From assembly GCA_965112735.1 (NCBI GenBank), contig OZ218955.1:1922001-1986000 (forward strand): 64,000 nucleotides of DNA. The letters are read 5' to 3'. Positions 24,588 through 56,579 of the stretch are shown here, one piece after another (position 1 is the first letter of the stretch; the number at the start of each line of letters is the position of its first letter). The position numbers and the translations under genes are program-made. The notes beneath the pieces were generated by a model. It saw only the letters and a program-made list of their open reading frames with translations. It ran no database searches and was not told the DNA's origin. The DNA is from Phaeosaccion multiseriatum. Taxonomy: Eukaryota > Protista > Ochrophyta, other classes.

Positions 24588-26378
24588 CGGAGCTGGCTCT
24601 CATCGAGTTAGACGACATTCGCTCGGTTGGCAAGAGGGCCGCCACGTGTGTGTCGGAGAGAGAGAAAGGCGAAGGTTCAGACGGAGGGTTGACGTTCAAA
24701 ATTCCGTCAAGAGTTCGTCAGAGGGACGGACAAGCGTGGGGCCCCTCCGCACTCCCCCACCGTCGGAACGGACCCACCCCGGCCTGCCTGTGGGGAGATG
24801 AGGAGCGGATGATACCGACCCGCTCCTCCCCTCGCTTCCCCTCCGGCGCGGCGCTCGCTTGCACTCACCCGTGACTGGCAACAGGCGCCACACTCAAGGG
24901 CCTTTCCGCGGGAGTGCAGAGAGAGAGAGAGAGACACGATTCTGACCTTCATGCCGCTTTATTTAGAGGGTTTCGATGGGAGAGTCAGTGGAACAAGTCC
25001 TTTGCTGCTTGGACTGTAGCGCTGAAGACGTAGTGCCTGTCTGCCTGCCTGTCTGCCTGCCTGTCTGCCTGCCTGTCTGCCTGTTTATCTGCCTGCCTGC
25101 ATGCATGCATGCCTACCCTGGCAGCCCTGAGCTGGAGGACTCATTCTCTCTCTCTCACACACACACACACACGTCTGTCTAGCGCTTCCTCCTGGCCTTG
25201 AGGAGGGAGAGGGGCCCAATCAGAATAAAGTGTATCGCTAAAGTGTGGCAGAGCTGAAGGCGGGTCAAGTGCTTCGGGGATGATGGGCAAGTGAATCAAG
25301 GGAGAGACAAGCTGGTGAAAGCTTGTTGGCGAGTCTCGGGAAGAAGGAACAAGCGCTCTTGCTCTGTTACGGGGAAGCACCTGTTGACGTTGTTGTCGTG
25401 CGATAAGAGAGCGGTCGTCGCCCTCCCATTCGGCCCCAATTTGTGTGGTGTAGTAGGTTTATGCATTGTTCACTTGTTTGTTGTTACCATATCAGTCCCC
25501 GGCCTCAGATATATACTTTCGATATATAATATATACAATCACACGCCACACAGTCGGGAGGGGCAGAGACGTCGACTTCGTTCGAAGTGCTCTCGACCCA
25601 GCCATAGGGCACTACTCCTCCACTTCTCTCCTCCTCCTCCTCCCTCCTCCTCCTCCACTACTCCTCCACTTCTCTCCTCCTCCTCCTCCTCCTCCTCCTC
25701 CTCCTCCTCCTCCTCCCTCCTCCTCCTCCTCCTCCTCCTCCTCCTCCTCTTCCAAAGGGGTATACATACGTACACCTTTGGTAAGGAAGGGGTGGACTCG
25801 GCTCCTCCTCCATGGTTAGATGAGTGCTCCTCCTCCGTGGATAGATAAAGCCCCTTCGTCTCCGTCCCGCATGCTCCGTTGCTGCACTGGGTGTGTCCCG
25901 CTCCTCGTCTGTCTGCCTCCCTTACTGCGCTTTAATATATAAATCACCCCTCCTCCTCTAAAGTCTACTATTAAAGCACAAATAAAGCATACCCACCCAT
26001 GGGCCCGTTTCGCCCGAGTGTCTCTCTCTCTCTCTCTCGCTCTTCCGCTCAGTCTACCTCTCTTCTTTAGCTACGCTACACTGCTTCTCCCCCTCCACGA
26101 GAGCCACAGCACGCTTTCGAACCACGGAATGGCCAAGGATAATCAACGCTGCTCCCTTCCATGTCCAGAGCTTGCTTGAATCCCTCGCCCCCTCCACACC
26201 CTCTCCGCCCCTTGCTGGTTCGCCAATACAAATCACGTTTCCGTTTCAAAAATCGTCGGTCCATCCACGCACCCTCCCCCCTCGTCCTTCTCGAATATAC
26301 ACAGCTGGCGACGACAGGTGTCCTCCAACGCCCGCCCACTCGCACGCGTACCACCACACTGATTGTCTCCCTCTCCCC

Positions 26379-26412
<34 letters not shown>

Positions 26413-26434
26413 TCTCTCTCTCTCTTTCTCCTCT

Positions 26435-26907
26435 TCACTCCCCCTCCCTCCCGTCCCCATTCCTTACGCTGCACTTGAATGACAAGGGTGCGGAGGAGCT
26501 TCCTGCTGCCGACATTGCTGACCTGTTTGGCGATACAGCAGTTGGTGATACAGCCGCGCATTGGGGAGAGAGGGGAGGGGTTCGCTTCAGAGGGTTGCCG
26601 AGGCAAGGCGGCCCGGCTAATGAATGCACTCATTCGGCCGAAGAAGGAACAGCACGGAACAAGTAAGAAGGAACAAAGAAAGAGACAACAAGGTACGGAC
26701 AGTCACTCACTCATACACTCACACACGTACTCTCTCACTCACTGACTCACTCACTCACTCACTCATTCATTCACTCACCAGTTTGTGGAGTACTCCCAGA
26801 GGTTCCGCTTAATGACATTGTCAAAAGTGTGTTCGTAAATACGCCCCTGATCGTCGAGCGTGTAGAGGCTGTTTGTGGAGATGAGAGCAAACGTAAGACA
26901 GAGAGAG

Positions 26908-26944
<37 letters not shown>

Positions 26945-29211
26945 GTGTGTGAGAGAGAGAGGGTACAAAGGACGAGGAAAAACACACGCGATGGATGGAA
27001 AGAAAGAGAATGACACATCGATAGGAAGCGGGACAAGAGAGCATGTCGGGGGCGAGCGAGTTCATAACCACCACACGCTTCCGACTATCTCTCTCTCTCT
27101 GTGCCCCGTGAATCGATCCATACTCTTTGACCACTTGGGGTATGGAACGCGTGGAAGGGAGGGGTTGGGGCGGCATCCATCATTCTACGAAGAACAACGC
27201 AATGTCACCCATGAAGAAACGCCACCACCATCAAGAGCACCAGCACTAGCGGCACCAGCACTATCAGTACCAGCACGGGCAGCAGCGCCTCTTGGACAAG
27301 GCCTGATGCACTGAAACTGATGAAACTGACACTCGCCTGTTGGCGTCGAGTACGTATTCTTCCTTGCCCAGCAGGGGGGTGCCGAAGGTGAGCTGTAACC
27401 GAAGCTCCACTTGCTGCGGTCGGTTGGACGACCGTCCATCAAGCGAGAGAGAGAGAGGGGGGGGGGGGAGAGGGAGAGGGAGGGGGAGAGAGAGAGAGAG
27501 AGGGAGAGTGTGAGAGGGCGAGAGAGCGAGAGAGAGAGAGAGAGAGAGAGAGCACAAACAGCACGCAGCAGACGGACACACGGACAGGCGGAGCGGCGCA
27601 CAGATCCGAGGTGCGCGGTGGTGACGTCAGTGACACGTCAGTGAGGGAGCTCAGTCCAAGCGTGTTTTACGCCACCAGAGGAGGCGAGTGTGTATCGCCT
27701 GAACCACGCTGGCCAGCTCTTTCGTCCGCTTGTTTGTTTGTTTGCCTGCATGTCTGCCTCTCTCTGACTCTCTCTCTCTTCTCCCCCTCTCCCTATTCTC
27801 CCTCCCTCCCTCTCTCTCTCTCTCTCCTCTTAAGAAGGGTACTATCGTGCAAAAGCAAAGGCGCGTATGGTCGTCTGTACCGCACCTTCTTGGAAGTATC
27901 GTAATGGGTGCGGAGGATGCGCACTTCCGGCACAGAGCCGCCCCCTGCTATCCGCCCAATGAGCCGCAGCGACGCGAACAGCGCACCGTACATTCTCTTT
28001 CCCTTACTTAGTGTGCCCTTCGGGTCCTGAGGAGGAGGAGGAGGAGGAGCAGGAGGAAGAAGAAGAGGTGGAGGAGGAGGAGGAGGAGTAGGAGGAGGAG
28101 GAGGAGGAGGAGGAGGAGGGGGCGGTGGGAGGAGGGCGGTGCGAGGGATGGGGGAGGGGAGGGAGGAAAAGTGTATGAGACGCTGGAGGAGCGCGGGGGA
28201 ACAGAGCACGGGGGTGCTTTGTGTTTGAATAGGGAGCGCATTCATGGCCAGACAAAAAACCTCCATGGCCAGGCCAATTGCCGAGGGGGAAAGGAAAAAG
28301 GTTTTACCACCAACTAGCAACAATCAGGGGTGAGTGAGGAGTTAGTCAGCAGAGGTGCTCACCTTGAGCACAATCTCGGGTGTGAAGATGTCCATATTGG
28401 GTGCCTGCTCGAAGAGGAGGGGTACGTCCTTCTGCAGCGTGTCAATCGCCTCTCCCAAGTTACACGTAAAGTTCTGCTTCTCCTCCCGCTGCCTCCGCTC
28501 CTCAAACCCCTCATTTTCAGGTATTCCCGTTGCCGAAAGCACGCTTCCACAAGCCTCGGCGGGCCTCGCTCCTCCCGTGGCCGCCGATGATGATGAAGAA
28601 GAGCGAGCCCCTGACAGGGATTCTGGCGAAGAGGAGCGAAGATAGAGGCCGGCGAAGCCCCCCTCAGGAACAGGAAGTACAGACGATAGGTAAAAGGGTT
28701 CCGACGAAGCCGGGAGCGAGGAGTGGAAGGAGGCAGCTGCCGCCGAAACTGAGGCTTTTCGCCGCGGCCTCCACGCGCCCGCTGCTACAGGGGCTGCCCT
28801 TCTCCGAAGGCCAGCCGTCGGTGGTAGTGGGATTTCCACCCTAGATCGTGAATCTTCTGAAGCGCCAGCTCCTGCAGACGCCCTTCGCCTCTCTGCTGCC
28901 GCTGCTGGAGCTGAAGACGAAGAGGTTGAAGAGGAGGCGAAGGCAGTCTGCCCCTCTCCCCATCCTCCATCACCAGTCCCACTGCGACTGCAGCTGCTTG
29001 TACCTGGGCGAGGTCTACACCGGCCGCTTCTTCTGAGCGGTGGAGAGAAGGCAGCGGCCTGTCTGGGGAGGACAGGCGCAGGACGCATATGTAATTCCTT
29101 CATTGGCGTGGTGCCTGTTGCCGCTCCGGCACCAAACGCGGGGCCCGCCGCTGCTGTCGCCGCGGCAGCAGCAGCAGCTGCTAGACACGCCCTCATCGAC
29201 TTCACAAGCAT
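26435..29211 (-). CDS. DUF2358 (NTF2/SnoaL-like) protein with long N-terminal presequence, probably plastid-targeted
   Basis: Exons 29211-28363, 28026-27886, 27413-27337 (GC donor), 26868-26779, 26522-26435. NLGEAIDTLQKDVPLLFEQAPNMDIFTPEIVLKDP...DANSLYTLDDQGRIYEHTFDNV resembles plant/cyanobacterial DUF2358. The last exon is tentative. Confidence 0.82.
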
Positions 29212-29738
29212 TGCTGCCCCCCCTCTCCCTGATCCTTTAATCCCTCTCCTCTGTAGGAGAGGCTGTTCGCTGAGAGTTGCCCCAGCCAGGATAAGACGCC
29301 CCAGCCAATGCCCTCTCGCACAGTGCCGCTTCGCCACGCAGTAGTGCAGAGAGCTCTGCTTGATACTCCACCTTTCAAACCTTTTGTTTTGTCTGTCTTT
29401 TCGTTTAATTAGCCCTCTGACTCCTCCCTCGATTCTCCTTCGAAAATCGAGCTGAAATTCAAATACGCGTCCACCGGGCCCGTGGATACATGCATGAGCG
29501 AGACACTTGGAGGCATCCCACTGTCTCGTCGGCCGAGCTCCCTAGGCCAATCCAACCCACTCGCTGTGGAGAGAAAGATATCACCGCTGCTTCCTTCGTC
29601 TGTGCCTCGTCTCGTGTCTCTTTCGAGGGAGAGAGCTAGACAAGAGAGCGAGAGGGAGAGAGACAAGTGGGGGGACCGTAGGATTGCGTACTCGAGCAAA
29701 GGAGGGGGAAGAGGAGGAGATTGGGCAGGGTAGGCAGG
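29212..29738. promoter_or_regulatory. Putative bidirectional promoter (DUF2358 / CDC48)
   Basis: ~530 bp between divergent ATGs, with an AT-richer core at ~29370-29470. Confidence 0.5.
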
Positions 29739-38578
<8,840 letters not shown>

Positions 38579-39676
38579 AATGGATGGTGGTGGTGGTGGT
38601 TAGGGTGACAGCAGAGGGCAGCAGCGAGACATGGTCAGCACAAGGCAACCGGACGGGCCTACTCACGAGTGGGTGATTGATTGATTGATTGATTGATTGA
38701 AAGGGAAAGGCCATGCCGTGCAATACGTGCGGTTGCCGTGTGTTTCTGCTGCCTTCGGGGGAGGGAGGGAGTGTCTCGCATCGGCTTTTGGCTGTGCGGC
38801 CGCCACAAGCACTCCAGTCCAGACATCTTGAGGAAGGAAGGAAGGAAGGAAGGAAGAAGTATAATGGCAGTGATGGAAGGGAGGAAGAAGTCTGGTGCCA
38901 TGCGATGGACACCACACCCACCCACCTGCGCCTTCCGAGGGGAAGGAAGGAGAGAGCGCGAGCGAGAGTGACGGCGAGCGGTGCCCAGCATTTTGAGTGG
39001 GTTGAGCGTAGAGGGGGTGGGGTAGGGTGTGGGGTAGGGGGGGGATCGGAGGAGGGAATAGTAGGGGAGTGGGTGGCAGTGGATGGCAGGGGATGAATGA
39101 ACGTGGGTGGCGGGCGCGTGAAGGAGGAGGGTGGAGGGTGGAGGCGGCTTGTGTGCTTGTTTGGGAGCTTTGTGCTTTGGGGGAGAGCTGCAGAGTGCAG
39201 ACTGCAGCATTATTAATGCAGGTTTCTTCTTCTACTGGGGATTTTTAGGCATTGGAAGAAAAGGGCCGATACGTAACGTCAAGTTTCTGAAACGGCTAAG
39301 ACGTTCGAAATGCCACGGTCGGTCTACTTCAAAAATAACAACAAAAACGAGGGAAATGGGCAGACAGCCCTTTACTGTGTGTGGGGGGTTTTTGCAAGCC
39401 GATGTTGCCACAGAAAGGAGGAGGCATAGGAGGCATGGATTCAGGGAAGGAAGCTGAACAAGTGTACCCTAGCCCTCCCCCCGCGCCTCGGGAGACTTCC
39501 TGACTCCGCGGGTGCTGCCCTCGTCCAAGGGGGTGGTGGGCTGCAAGACGGAAAGAAGCGGAAGCATAGACACGAGTACGGTGTACATCACTCCGCCCGC
39601 AGGCCTAGCAGCACAGAGACCCAGACGAGCGGCGTGCGCACACACAGGACACTCAGCGACAGAACGTCTTGAGAAG

Positions 39677-48206
<8,530 letters not shown>

Positions 48207-49323
48207 AGGGAGGGAGGGACGGAGGAATGGAGGGACAGAGGGACGGAGAGAGGAAGGAAGGAAGGAAGGAAGGAAGGAAGGAAGGGAGGGAGGGAGGGAG
48301 GGAGGGAGGGAGGGAGGGAGGGAAGGTGGGTGGGAGGGAGGGAGGGAGGGAGGGAGGGAGGGAGAGAGGGAGAGAGGTAGTGACGGAGAGAGTGAGAGAG
48401 GCAGATAGGAGGGAGGGAGGGAGGGAGGGAGGGAAGGGGTTGTGTAGAGACGTGACGGATGCACAGTAAAGGGAGTGAACTCGTACATGGAGGGGAGGGG
48501 AGCGGGGGGTTTGAGAAGGCCGTGAGTAGGTAGGTAGGTAGGTAGGTAGGTAGGAAGGAGGTAGGTAGGTAGGTAGGTAGGTAGGTAGGAAGGAGGTAGG
48601 TAGGTAGGTAGGTACGTCGATGTGTTGGTGCGTTGGGGTCTTTGCTATAGCCTGAACGACCCACACAGCTACAAGGACGGAAGGACGGACGGACGGAAGG
48701 AAGGAAGGGAGGGAGGGAGGGAGGAAGGAAGGAAAGAAGGAAGGAAGGAAGGAAGGAAGGAAGGAAGGAAGGAAGGAAGGAAGGAAGGAAGGAAGGAAGG
48801 AAGGAAGGAAGGAAGGAAGGAAGTGATAGAATGTGGTAGAAAGGCGATTGAGCCAAAACATGCACAGTTGAGAACCTTTGGGCTCCGGCGGACAACAGCA
48901 GCAGTTGCGATAGGATTAGTTTTGTTGGTGTATATTTTACATTGTACTTCGTAGTATATATTTCAAGGTTTTGCAATAGTCCTTTGAGAGCTATCGTACC
49001 CACTAAGGGTTTGATGCTGTAGACTTCTTTCAAATAAATATTCGAATCTTTTGTTCATTCGGCACTTGATACTATAAGTCGGTGATAAATGACAATCTGC
49101 TGCCATCTGCGGTCATCGCATGGATTAGGCATCACCTACAGTGACGTAGCTTGTAGCATGGAGAGGGGGAGGAGTAGAAGGAAGGGCTTCCTCCTCCTCC
49201 TCCTCCTCCTCCTCCTCCTCCTCCTCCTCCTCCTCCTCCTCCTCCTCCTCCTCCTCCTCCTCGTACCACCCCCAAGTAGGCCTGCAAGCAAGCTCAGAGC
49301 CCTTCTCTCCCCCCTCCCTCCCC

Positions 49324-52300
49324 CTAATCCTCCTCCTCATCCTCCTCCTCATCATCATCCTCATCCTCCTCATCCTCCTCCAAGAGCTGCCTCTGCCTCA
49401 ACACCTCGGCGAGCTCCAACTCATCAGGCACGGGCGTCCTCGTGCTGACATTATCCAACCTCGGTAGCGGCAGGCCTGTGAGAAGCATCCTGCAGAGTCG
49501 AGCGTCTGCGGCAAGGTGACTGACTCCCAGTCCGCCTCCGAGTTCGATGTCGGAGTCTTCATTTTCGCTGTTCCAGAACCGGGTGGCCCACCTAAGTGAA
49601 TCGACAGTGCAGCGGTAGTACAGCAATAGAGGGAGTGGCATTCAGAATTGAAGGAATGAATGAATGCCCTGAGTGAAGCCAAGTTCATTTCTCTATTTCA
49701 TGCCCTGATTCTGTTTGTACAGCTCATGATTGGAGAAGGAGCAGGAGCAGGAGGAGGAGGAGGAGGAGGAGGAGGAGGAGGAGGGGGAGGAGGAGGAGGA
49801 GGAGGAGGGGGAGGAGGAGGAGGAGGAGGAGGAGGAGGAGGAGGAGGAGGAGGAGGAGGAGGAGGAGGAGGAGGAGGAGGAGGAGGAGGAGGAGGAGGAG
49901 GAGGAGGAGGAGGAGGAGGAGGAGGAGGAGGAGGAGGAGGAGGAGGAGGAGGAGGAGGAGGAGGAGGAGGAGGAGGAGGAGGAGGAGGAGGAGGAGGAGG
50001 AGGAGGAGGAGGAGGAGGAGGAGGAGGAGGAGGAGGAGGAGGAGGAGGAAGAGGAGAGTAATCAACGTCCTCCTACAAGTGTAACACTATGTCTTACCTG
50101 GCCAGAGACCCGCCCACCAATACCGTCACAGGAGCTGTGCCTGCCTCCTTGGCATCTTCATTGTCGTGCGCCGTGATGAGGGTTTCCAGAATGTCACGCG
50201 TGCCTTGCTGGAAGGCATTACACTCCACCACCCCGGGGAGGCCCAGCCACAGTACAGTTTGCGCTTTGGCCACGGCGCTGCGTATGTCAGTGACAGTGAG
50301 TGGGCCGATGTCAAGCGGGTGGAACCCCGGGGGGATGCCTGGATGGAGTAGTTGGTGGATGAAGAGCGCGAGAGAGGGAGTGTTAGTTTGAGTGTTAGTT
50401 TGTTGTGTGATGCACGCACGCACGTATGCTGTCACTTACTAACGCAATCACTCACTCACGCCACACACACGCACTCAGTCACCCACTTACGCACTCACTC
50501 ACTCACTCACTCACTCACTCACTCACTCACTCACTCACTCACTCACTCACTCACTCTCTCACTCTCTCACTCACTCACCCACTCACTCACCCACTCACTC
50601 ACTCACCCACCCACTCACTCACTCACTCACTCACTCACGCACTCACGCACTCACCCTCTCCATCCACGCTCTTCTCAAGCGTCTCTCCGTCATATTCGAA
50701 ACCCTCCGAGGGGTCAACTTCGGTGTGCATAGACACCACAGAGCCGCTGTCCAGCCCTCCTTCTCCTCCTCCCCCCCCCCCACCTCCTCCTCCTCCTCCT
50801 GCTCCTCCTGCTCCTCCTTCTTCATCTTCTCCTGTACTACCACCCTCCTGTCCCTCCTGCCGCCCCTCGCCCTCCTCTTGCCCCTCCTCTTGCTCCTCCT
50901 CCTCTGCCTCCTCGTCGTCGTCGTCCTCATCAAGGTCTTGGCCAGGGAGCACACCAAACTCGTCGACCTGTGTATGAGAGAGAGAGAGGGGGGGAGGGAG
51001 GGAGGGAGGGAGGGAGGGAGGGAGGGAGGGATAGAGAGAGAGAGGGAGGGAGGGAGAGAGGGAGATGGAGGGAAGGATGGAAGGAGGGAAGGAGGGAAGG
51101 AGGGAAGGAGAGAGGGAGGGAAGGAGGGAAGGAGGAAGGAGGCAGTGAAGTGAGTGAGTTGAATCTGCGGAGCATGAGCTACGAGTGAGGCGACTCACGA
51201 CTCTAGACGGGTATATAGAGGCAGTGAAAGGTAGTGAGTGAAGAGTGACGACGCTACATCTAGATTGAGGCAGTGAAATGAAGGGAGTGAGGAGTGAGTC
51301 GAGTGGGGAGCGACGAGAGAGTGGCTTGGTTACGCACGTTGATGTCTCCGACGATGGCGTCTCGTGGCAGCAGGACTGTGACACCCCTCCTTCGCGCCCT
51401 CGTGAGAAGCTGCCGCCCAACCTCCAGCACGTCAGGAGGGTCGCAGGCAGGCACCTTGACAGTTACAGAAAGTGATGGAGATAGGAGGTACAGTCCGTTA
51501 CATACAGGTAGTAACATTAGGCACACACACGCACACCCACACAAACACAAACACAAACGCATACACAAACATACACACGCACACCCCCACACGTTCCACC
51601 TCCTCCACACACAGAGACACTTACCGGATAGCCCAGCGCGGCAAGCATACTAAAGCCCACCCCTCCTACTAGCACCAACTCGTCCACAAGGTTAATGAGG
51701 GAGTCGAGCAGCTGTACCTGCCCCTCCAGGGATTGGCCCCCCACGATGGTGAGGAACGGATGGCGTCGCACAGACGGGCCCGCCGCCGGACTCAACAACG
51801 ACGCGCTCACAACCTGCATAGACTCCGCTGACTCACTCGTGGTCATGGCTTGCGAGGACTGCGTTGATAGAGTAGACTGAGTGAGGAAGTGCAAGTGGGC
51901 AAGGTCGTCGTGTAGGAGATGGCCCACAAACCACGGGCAACCTCCTCCTCCCCCTGCTTCTCCTCCTCCTCCTGCTGCTGCTCCTCCTCCTCCTCCTGCT
52001 TCTCCTCCTCCTCCTCCTCCTCCTCCTCCTCCTCCTCCTCCTCCTCCTCCTGCTGCTGCTGCTTCTCCTCCTCCCGTCCCAGGCCGGCTTCTTCGTAGGG
52101 TGGAGGGGAAAGTGTGTGCGGGGCTTGCATCGTGGAAGGCATTGGGTGCGTTGGTCACAACGGCGTCGATGGCACCGCTCAGCCTCGCCCCTAAGTCATG
52201 CGAGTCCTTCGTATTCCGCACTGCTGCCTCTGTGTCGGCAGGAGGAGAGGGAGAGACATGGCGGTGTGTGCAGGGGGGTGAGGCAGAGGTGGTACAGAGG

Positions 52301-55300
52301 CAGTGTGCAGAGGGAATGAAGAGGAAGAGTAGGGGGGGGGGTTTGCAGAGGTAGGCAGTGCAGGGCAGAGGGAGTGCAGGGGGTGAGGGGCCTAGAAGGC
52401 ACGGGAAATGAATGAAGGAATGAATGAAGGAATGAATGGCACAAAGAGCATTTCTTGAGGCAGAGGAGTACGTGTGTGCTGCACAGCGTGTCACGACGCT
52501 GACCTAGACCCCAATCGTCCCATCCACTGCCATCCCATCCGCTCCCCTCCCCTACCCTCCCCTCCCCTACCCTACCCTACCCTACCCTCCCCTCCCCTCC
52601 CCCCCCTCCCCTCTCCTCCGCTCCCCTCCGCTTCCCCTGCCCTCACCTCTTGTGGCTCGCTCTCGCGCCTGCTGAGGCGACTCCAGCTGCTGCTTGTCGC
52701 GCTCATCCTCCTCCTCCTCCTGCCCCCCCTGCTGCCCTTGCTGCTCCCTCTCATACCTCGCCTTCCGTTCCTCCTTGCTTTCCTCCAAGTACTCAAAGGA
52801 GGGCAGCCGCTCCTCCTCATCATCACTCAACACCTCCTCCTCCACAGGCCTCTCTGACACCACTCCCTCTGACCCTAGGGCCTCACAGAGCATGATGCGA
52901 GTGGGGCCCCCTGCCCCTCCTCCTCCTCCTCCTCCTCCTCCTCCTCCTCCTCCTCCTCCTCCCCCTCCTCCTCCTCCCCCTCCTCCCTCCTTTGCCCCCC
53001 CCCCCGACGATCGCATTTCTCTCAACGCCTCCGCCATGCTCCACGCTGTGGTGTAAAACTCCACCTCCATCTCCAGCAAGTCTCGCAGCAACTCGCACAC
53101 TCCTCGCAGGCTTAGCCGAGCAGCAGCAGCAGCAGGAGGAGGAGTTGGTGATACAGCAGCAGTTGGTGATACAGTAGCAGTTGATGAGGAGGTGCCCCTC
53201 TCCTCCAGTGGGTCGGGGGGTGGTGGAGGCAGAGAGAGCTCAGAGACTATGGCGATGGCCGCCGGTCGGGCCCCGAGCAGCTGTTGCACGTCCTCGACAG
53301 CTCGGAGGAGAGAGGCGGGTGGGTGCCTCACGGCGGCAGGGGAGAGCTTCCATTCCACTGCTGTATCACCAACTGCTGTATCTGTGGCTGTGTCTGTAGG
53401 CGCATCGCCGACGGCTTGGGGGCCAGTCTGGTGTGTCGGAGGGAGGGAGGGAGGGAGGGAAGGAGACGGGGGGAGGGAGGGAGGGAGGGAGGGAGGGAGG
53501 GAGGGAGGGAGGGAGGGAGGGAGGGAGGGAGGGAGGGAGGATGGAGGCAGCGCGTGCACAAATCAGGGAGTAAAAGGCAAGGGGGGGGAGGGAAGAAGAA
53601 AGAGAAGGGGGAGGGGGGCTGACACTCGGGCACTTGAGCATGGCCAAGCACTACTTCAAGTATTCAAGTCCTTGAAGTCAACACGCAAGTCCTTACGAGT
53701 CCTTACGTAGGTCCTTACGAGTCCTTACATACCGAAGAGTAAGAAGGCACGAGGAACTCCCCGACGTTAAGGTCCACATGGAGCAGCACTCTTTGGTCCG
53801 TCACGTCCTCCACCCTACGGTGAGAGCCGCAGATGGCAGCCGATGACAGCCGATGGTCGTCGGTGATGGTGGCAGATGACACATGGTGGCAGTAGATGGG
53901 GTGCAAAAGGACACGAGGCGAAGAGAGAAGGGAAGCGCATGAGTTTGAGGTTGTGTCGACCTGAGTTTGAGTCTGATTGTGTTTGTGCTTCGAGTTTGAG
54001 TTTGAGTTTGAGTCGAGCTAGACTGGTTCCTCCCATCCCGTCTCTCCTCCTCCTCCTCCTCCTCCTCCTCCTCCTCCTCCTCCTCCTCCTCCTCCTCCTC
54101 CTCCTCCTCCTCCTCCTCCTCCTCCTCCTCCTCCTCCTCCTCCTCCTCCTCCTCCTCCTCCTCCTCCTCCTCCTCCTCCTCCTCCTCCTCCTCCTCCTCC
54201 TCCTCCTCCTCCTCCTCCTCCTCCTCCTCCTCCTCCTCCTCCTCCTCCTCCTCCTCCTCCTCCTCCTCCTCCTCCTCCTCCTCCTCCTCCTCCTCCTCCT
54301 CCTCCTCCTCCTCCTCCTCCTTCTTCTTCTTCTTCTTGTTCTTCTTCTTCTACTCCCGTACCTCCAGACAGCCTTCTCCGAAAGTGGGCCACAGCAGCCC
54401 AAACACTGTGCCCTATCCTTAAGCCTCTCTTGACGGTCCCTGCTCAGGGCCGCGGTCTCAAAGCGGCTAGCGAGGTCGAGAAGCTCGCTCCGGATGGCAG
54501 TGGATGCGAGGATGCGGTACGCAGTTTCAGGATGGCCGGCCTTGTTGGCGGCTGCTGCGTGGGATATAGGGTCATATGGGATAACGCCGCCTCCTGTTGG
54601 TAGGGGGCGGGGGAGGGGAGAGGGAGGGAAGGGGATGGAGGGAGGGGGGGATCCCGTCAGAGGGATATGGGAGCTAGTAGTTTGCATGGCAGTGGGATGG
54701 CAGCCCTCTCACTCACCCTTGGTCTCGACGGGAGGAGTGGGGGCGACGGATGCCCAAGCCGCCTCGTACTCATCACCGAAGCGAAGGATCGGCTCCACTG
54801 GCACCCCCTCGGGCAGTTTGGCGTCCCTCTCTGCATTGGCCATGACCTCCGCCAGTGGAGTGACGCGAGCTGCTCCGGCTTCCTCTCCCTCTCCCTCTCC
54901 CTCTCCCTCTCCCCTTTCTCCTTCTCTTCGCGCTCCTCCTGCTCCTTCCCCTCCTCCTCCTCCTCCTCCTCCTCCTCCTACACCTCCTCCTCCTTCTCCT
55001 TCTCCTTCTCCTCCTCCTCCTTCCTTCGCTGACCCTTCCCCTTCTCCACCCAGGAGGAAGCCAGCGAGCTCATTGCGCATCAGTGCGTCGAGAGTTAGCA
55101 CCGGGCGGAGCTGACACTCAAAGAGTAACGCTCGATACTCAGTCATCAGAGCGCGCTGACGCGCAACGAGCGGGTGCACGGGAGGGGGTGGTGGAGGAAG
55201 GATAGGCGTGTCTTCGCCTCCCTCTTCTTCTTCCTCCTCCTCCTCCTCCTCCTCTTCCTCCTCCCCCTGCTGCTGCTGCTCCTCTTCCTCCCCGACCTCC

Positions 55301-56535
55301 TCCTTCTCCTCCTCCTTCCCGACCTCCTCTTTCTCCTCCCCTTGCTTGTCTCCCTGTTCTCCACTTCCTCCTTCTCCTCCTCCTCCTGCTCCTGCTCCTG
55401 CTCCTCCTCCTCCTCGATCTTCCTCCAACATAGACAAAGGAGGCACAGACTCCACTGGCTCTCCAGGTGGCACCCACTCGTCGAGCTGCATGATGACACT
55501 TAGCACCGAGTCCACACTCCCATCCCACTCCTCCAGCGTGAGACACTGAAGCATGTCCCGCAGTGACGCCATAGACACCTCTCTGCCTCCCTCCCTCTCC
55601 TCCTCCTCCTCCTCCTCCTCCTCCTCCCCGTCCTCCCGTACAAGAGGGGGTCTTTCCACCCCATCTGGCCCTAGTTCTGGTGGTGTGGCTTCTTCTCCAT
55701 CCTTCCTGGCCCCTTGCTCTTGAGCATCTTTGTCCTCGTCTTTAGATACGTCCAATTCCTCCTCCTCCTTCTCCTCCTTCTCCTCCTTCTCCTTCTCCTT
55801 CTTCGTCTTCTTCTCCTGCCCCTCCTCTCCCTCCTCTCCCTTCTCCTCTCGGGCGGAAGCTCGGATGACATCAGCATCAGCAGCAGCAGCAGTATCAGTT
55901 GGTGATACAGCGGTGGCGGCAGCGGCGGCGCCGGTCTTCTCTTCCTCCTTCCTCGCCGCCTCCTCCTTCCTCCTCCTCTCCTCTTCCTCATACACCCCCT
56001 GCTCCGCGGCGAGTCGCACGCCCTTGGCCCTCGAGAGAAGCGCTGCCCACTTGTCGAAGCGTTGCGGGGTGAAGTGTAACGCTCGGCGGGCGTTGGCGTT
56101 ACAGAAAAGCGTTTGCTGCTGCCTGCGAATGTCTTCCTCCCGCAGCGGGGTCTTGACGCTCCTCACCACGTCCGTCAAGAGGTCTTCGAGCTTCACCTTC
56201 ATCACCTGTTTGTGCAGAGAGTGAGGGCAAGGCCAGAGCAGTACGGGGCAAGGGGGGAGAGAGAGGTGAGGGGGGTTACGGGGCAAGGGTGGAGAGAGAG
56301 GGAGGGGGGAGTAGGAGCACAGGGGCAGCGGCGGGGGTAGTGGAGAGCGTGAGTGGAGCGGGATGGAGTGGATGAGAAGTAGGATGGAGTGGAGTGGATT
56401 GGAGTGGGGTGGAGTGGAGTGGAGTGGAGTGGACTCCCTCCCTCCTTCCTTCCTTCCTTCCTTCCTTCCTTCCTTCCTTCCTTCCTTCCTTCCTGCCTGT
56501 CTGTCTGCCTGCCTGCCTGTCTGTCTGCATGCATG

Positions 56536-56579
<44 letters not shown>

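Noticed and set aside
24600-26430. Short ORFs between the TMEM230-like and DUF2358 genes
   Set aside because: No motifs or consistent splice structure; consistent with convergent 3' UTRs.
49324-53814. Stand-alone functional PGK gene or PGK pseudogene
   Set aside because: No own start codon; spliced in phase to upstream MYCBPAP-like exons; the frame is intact but catalytic residues are substituted.
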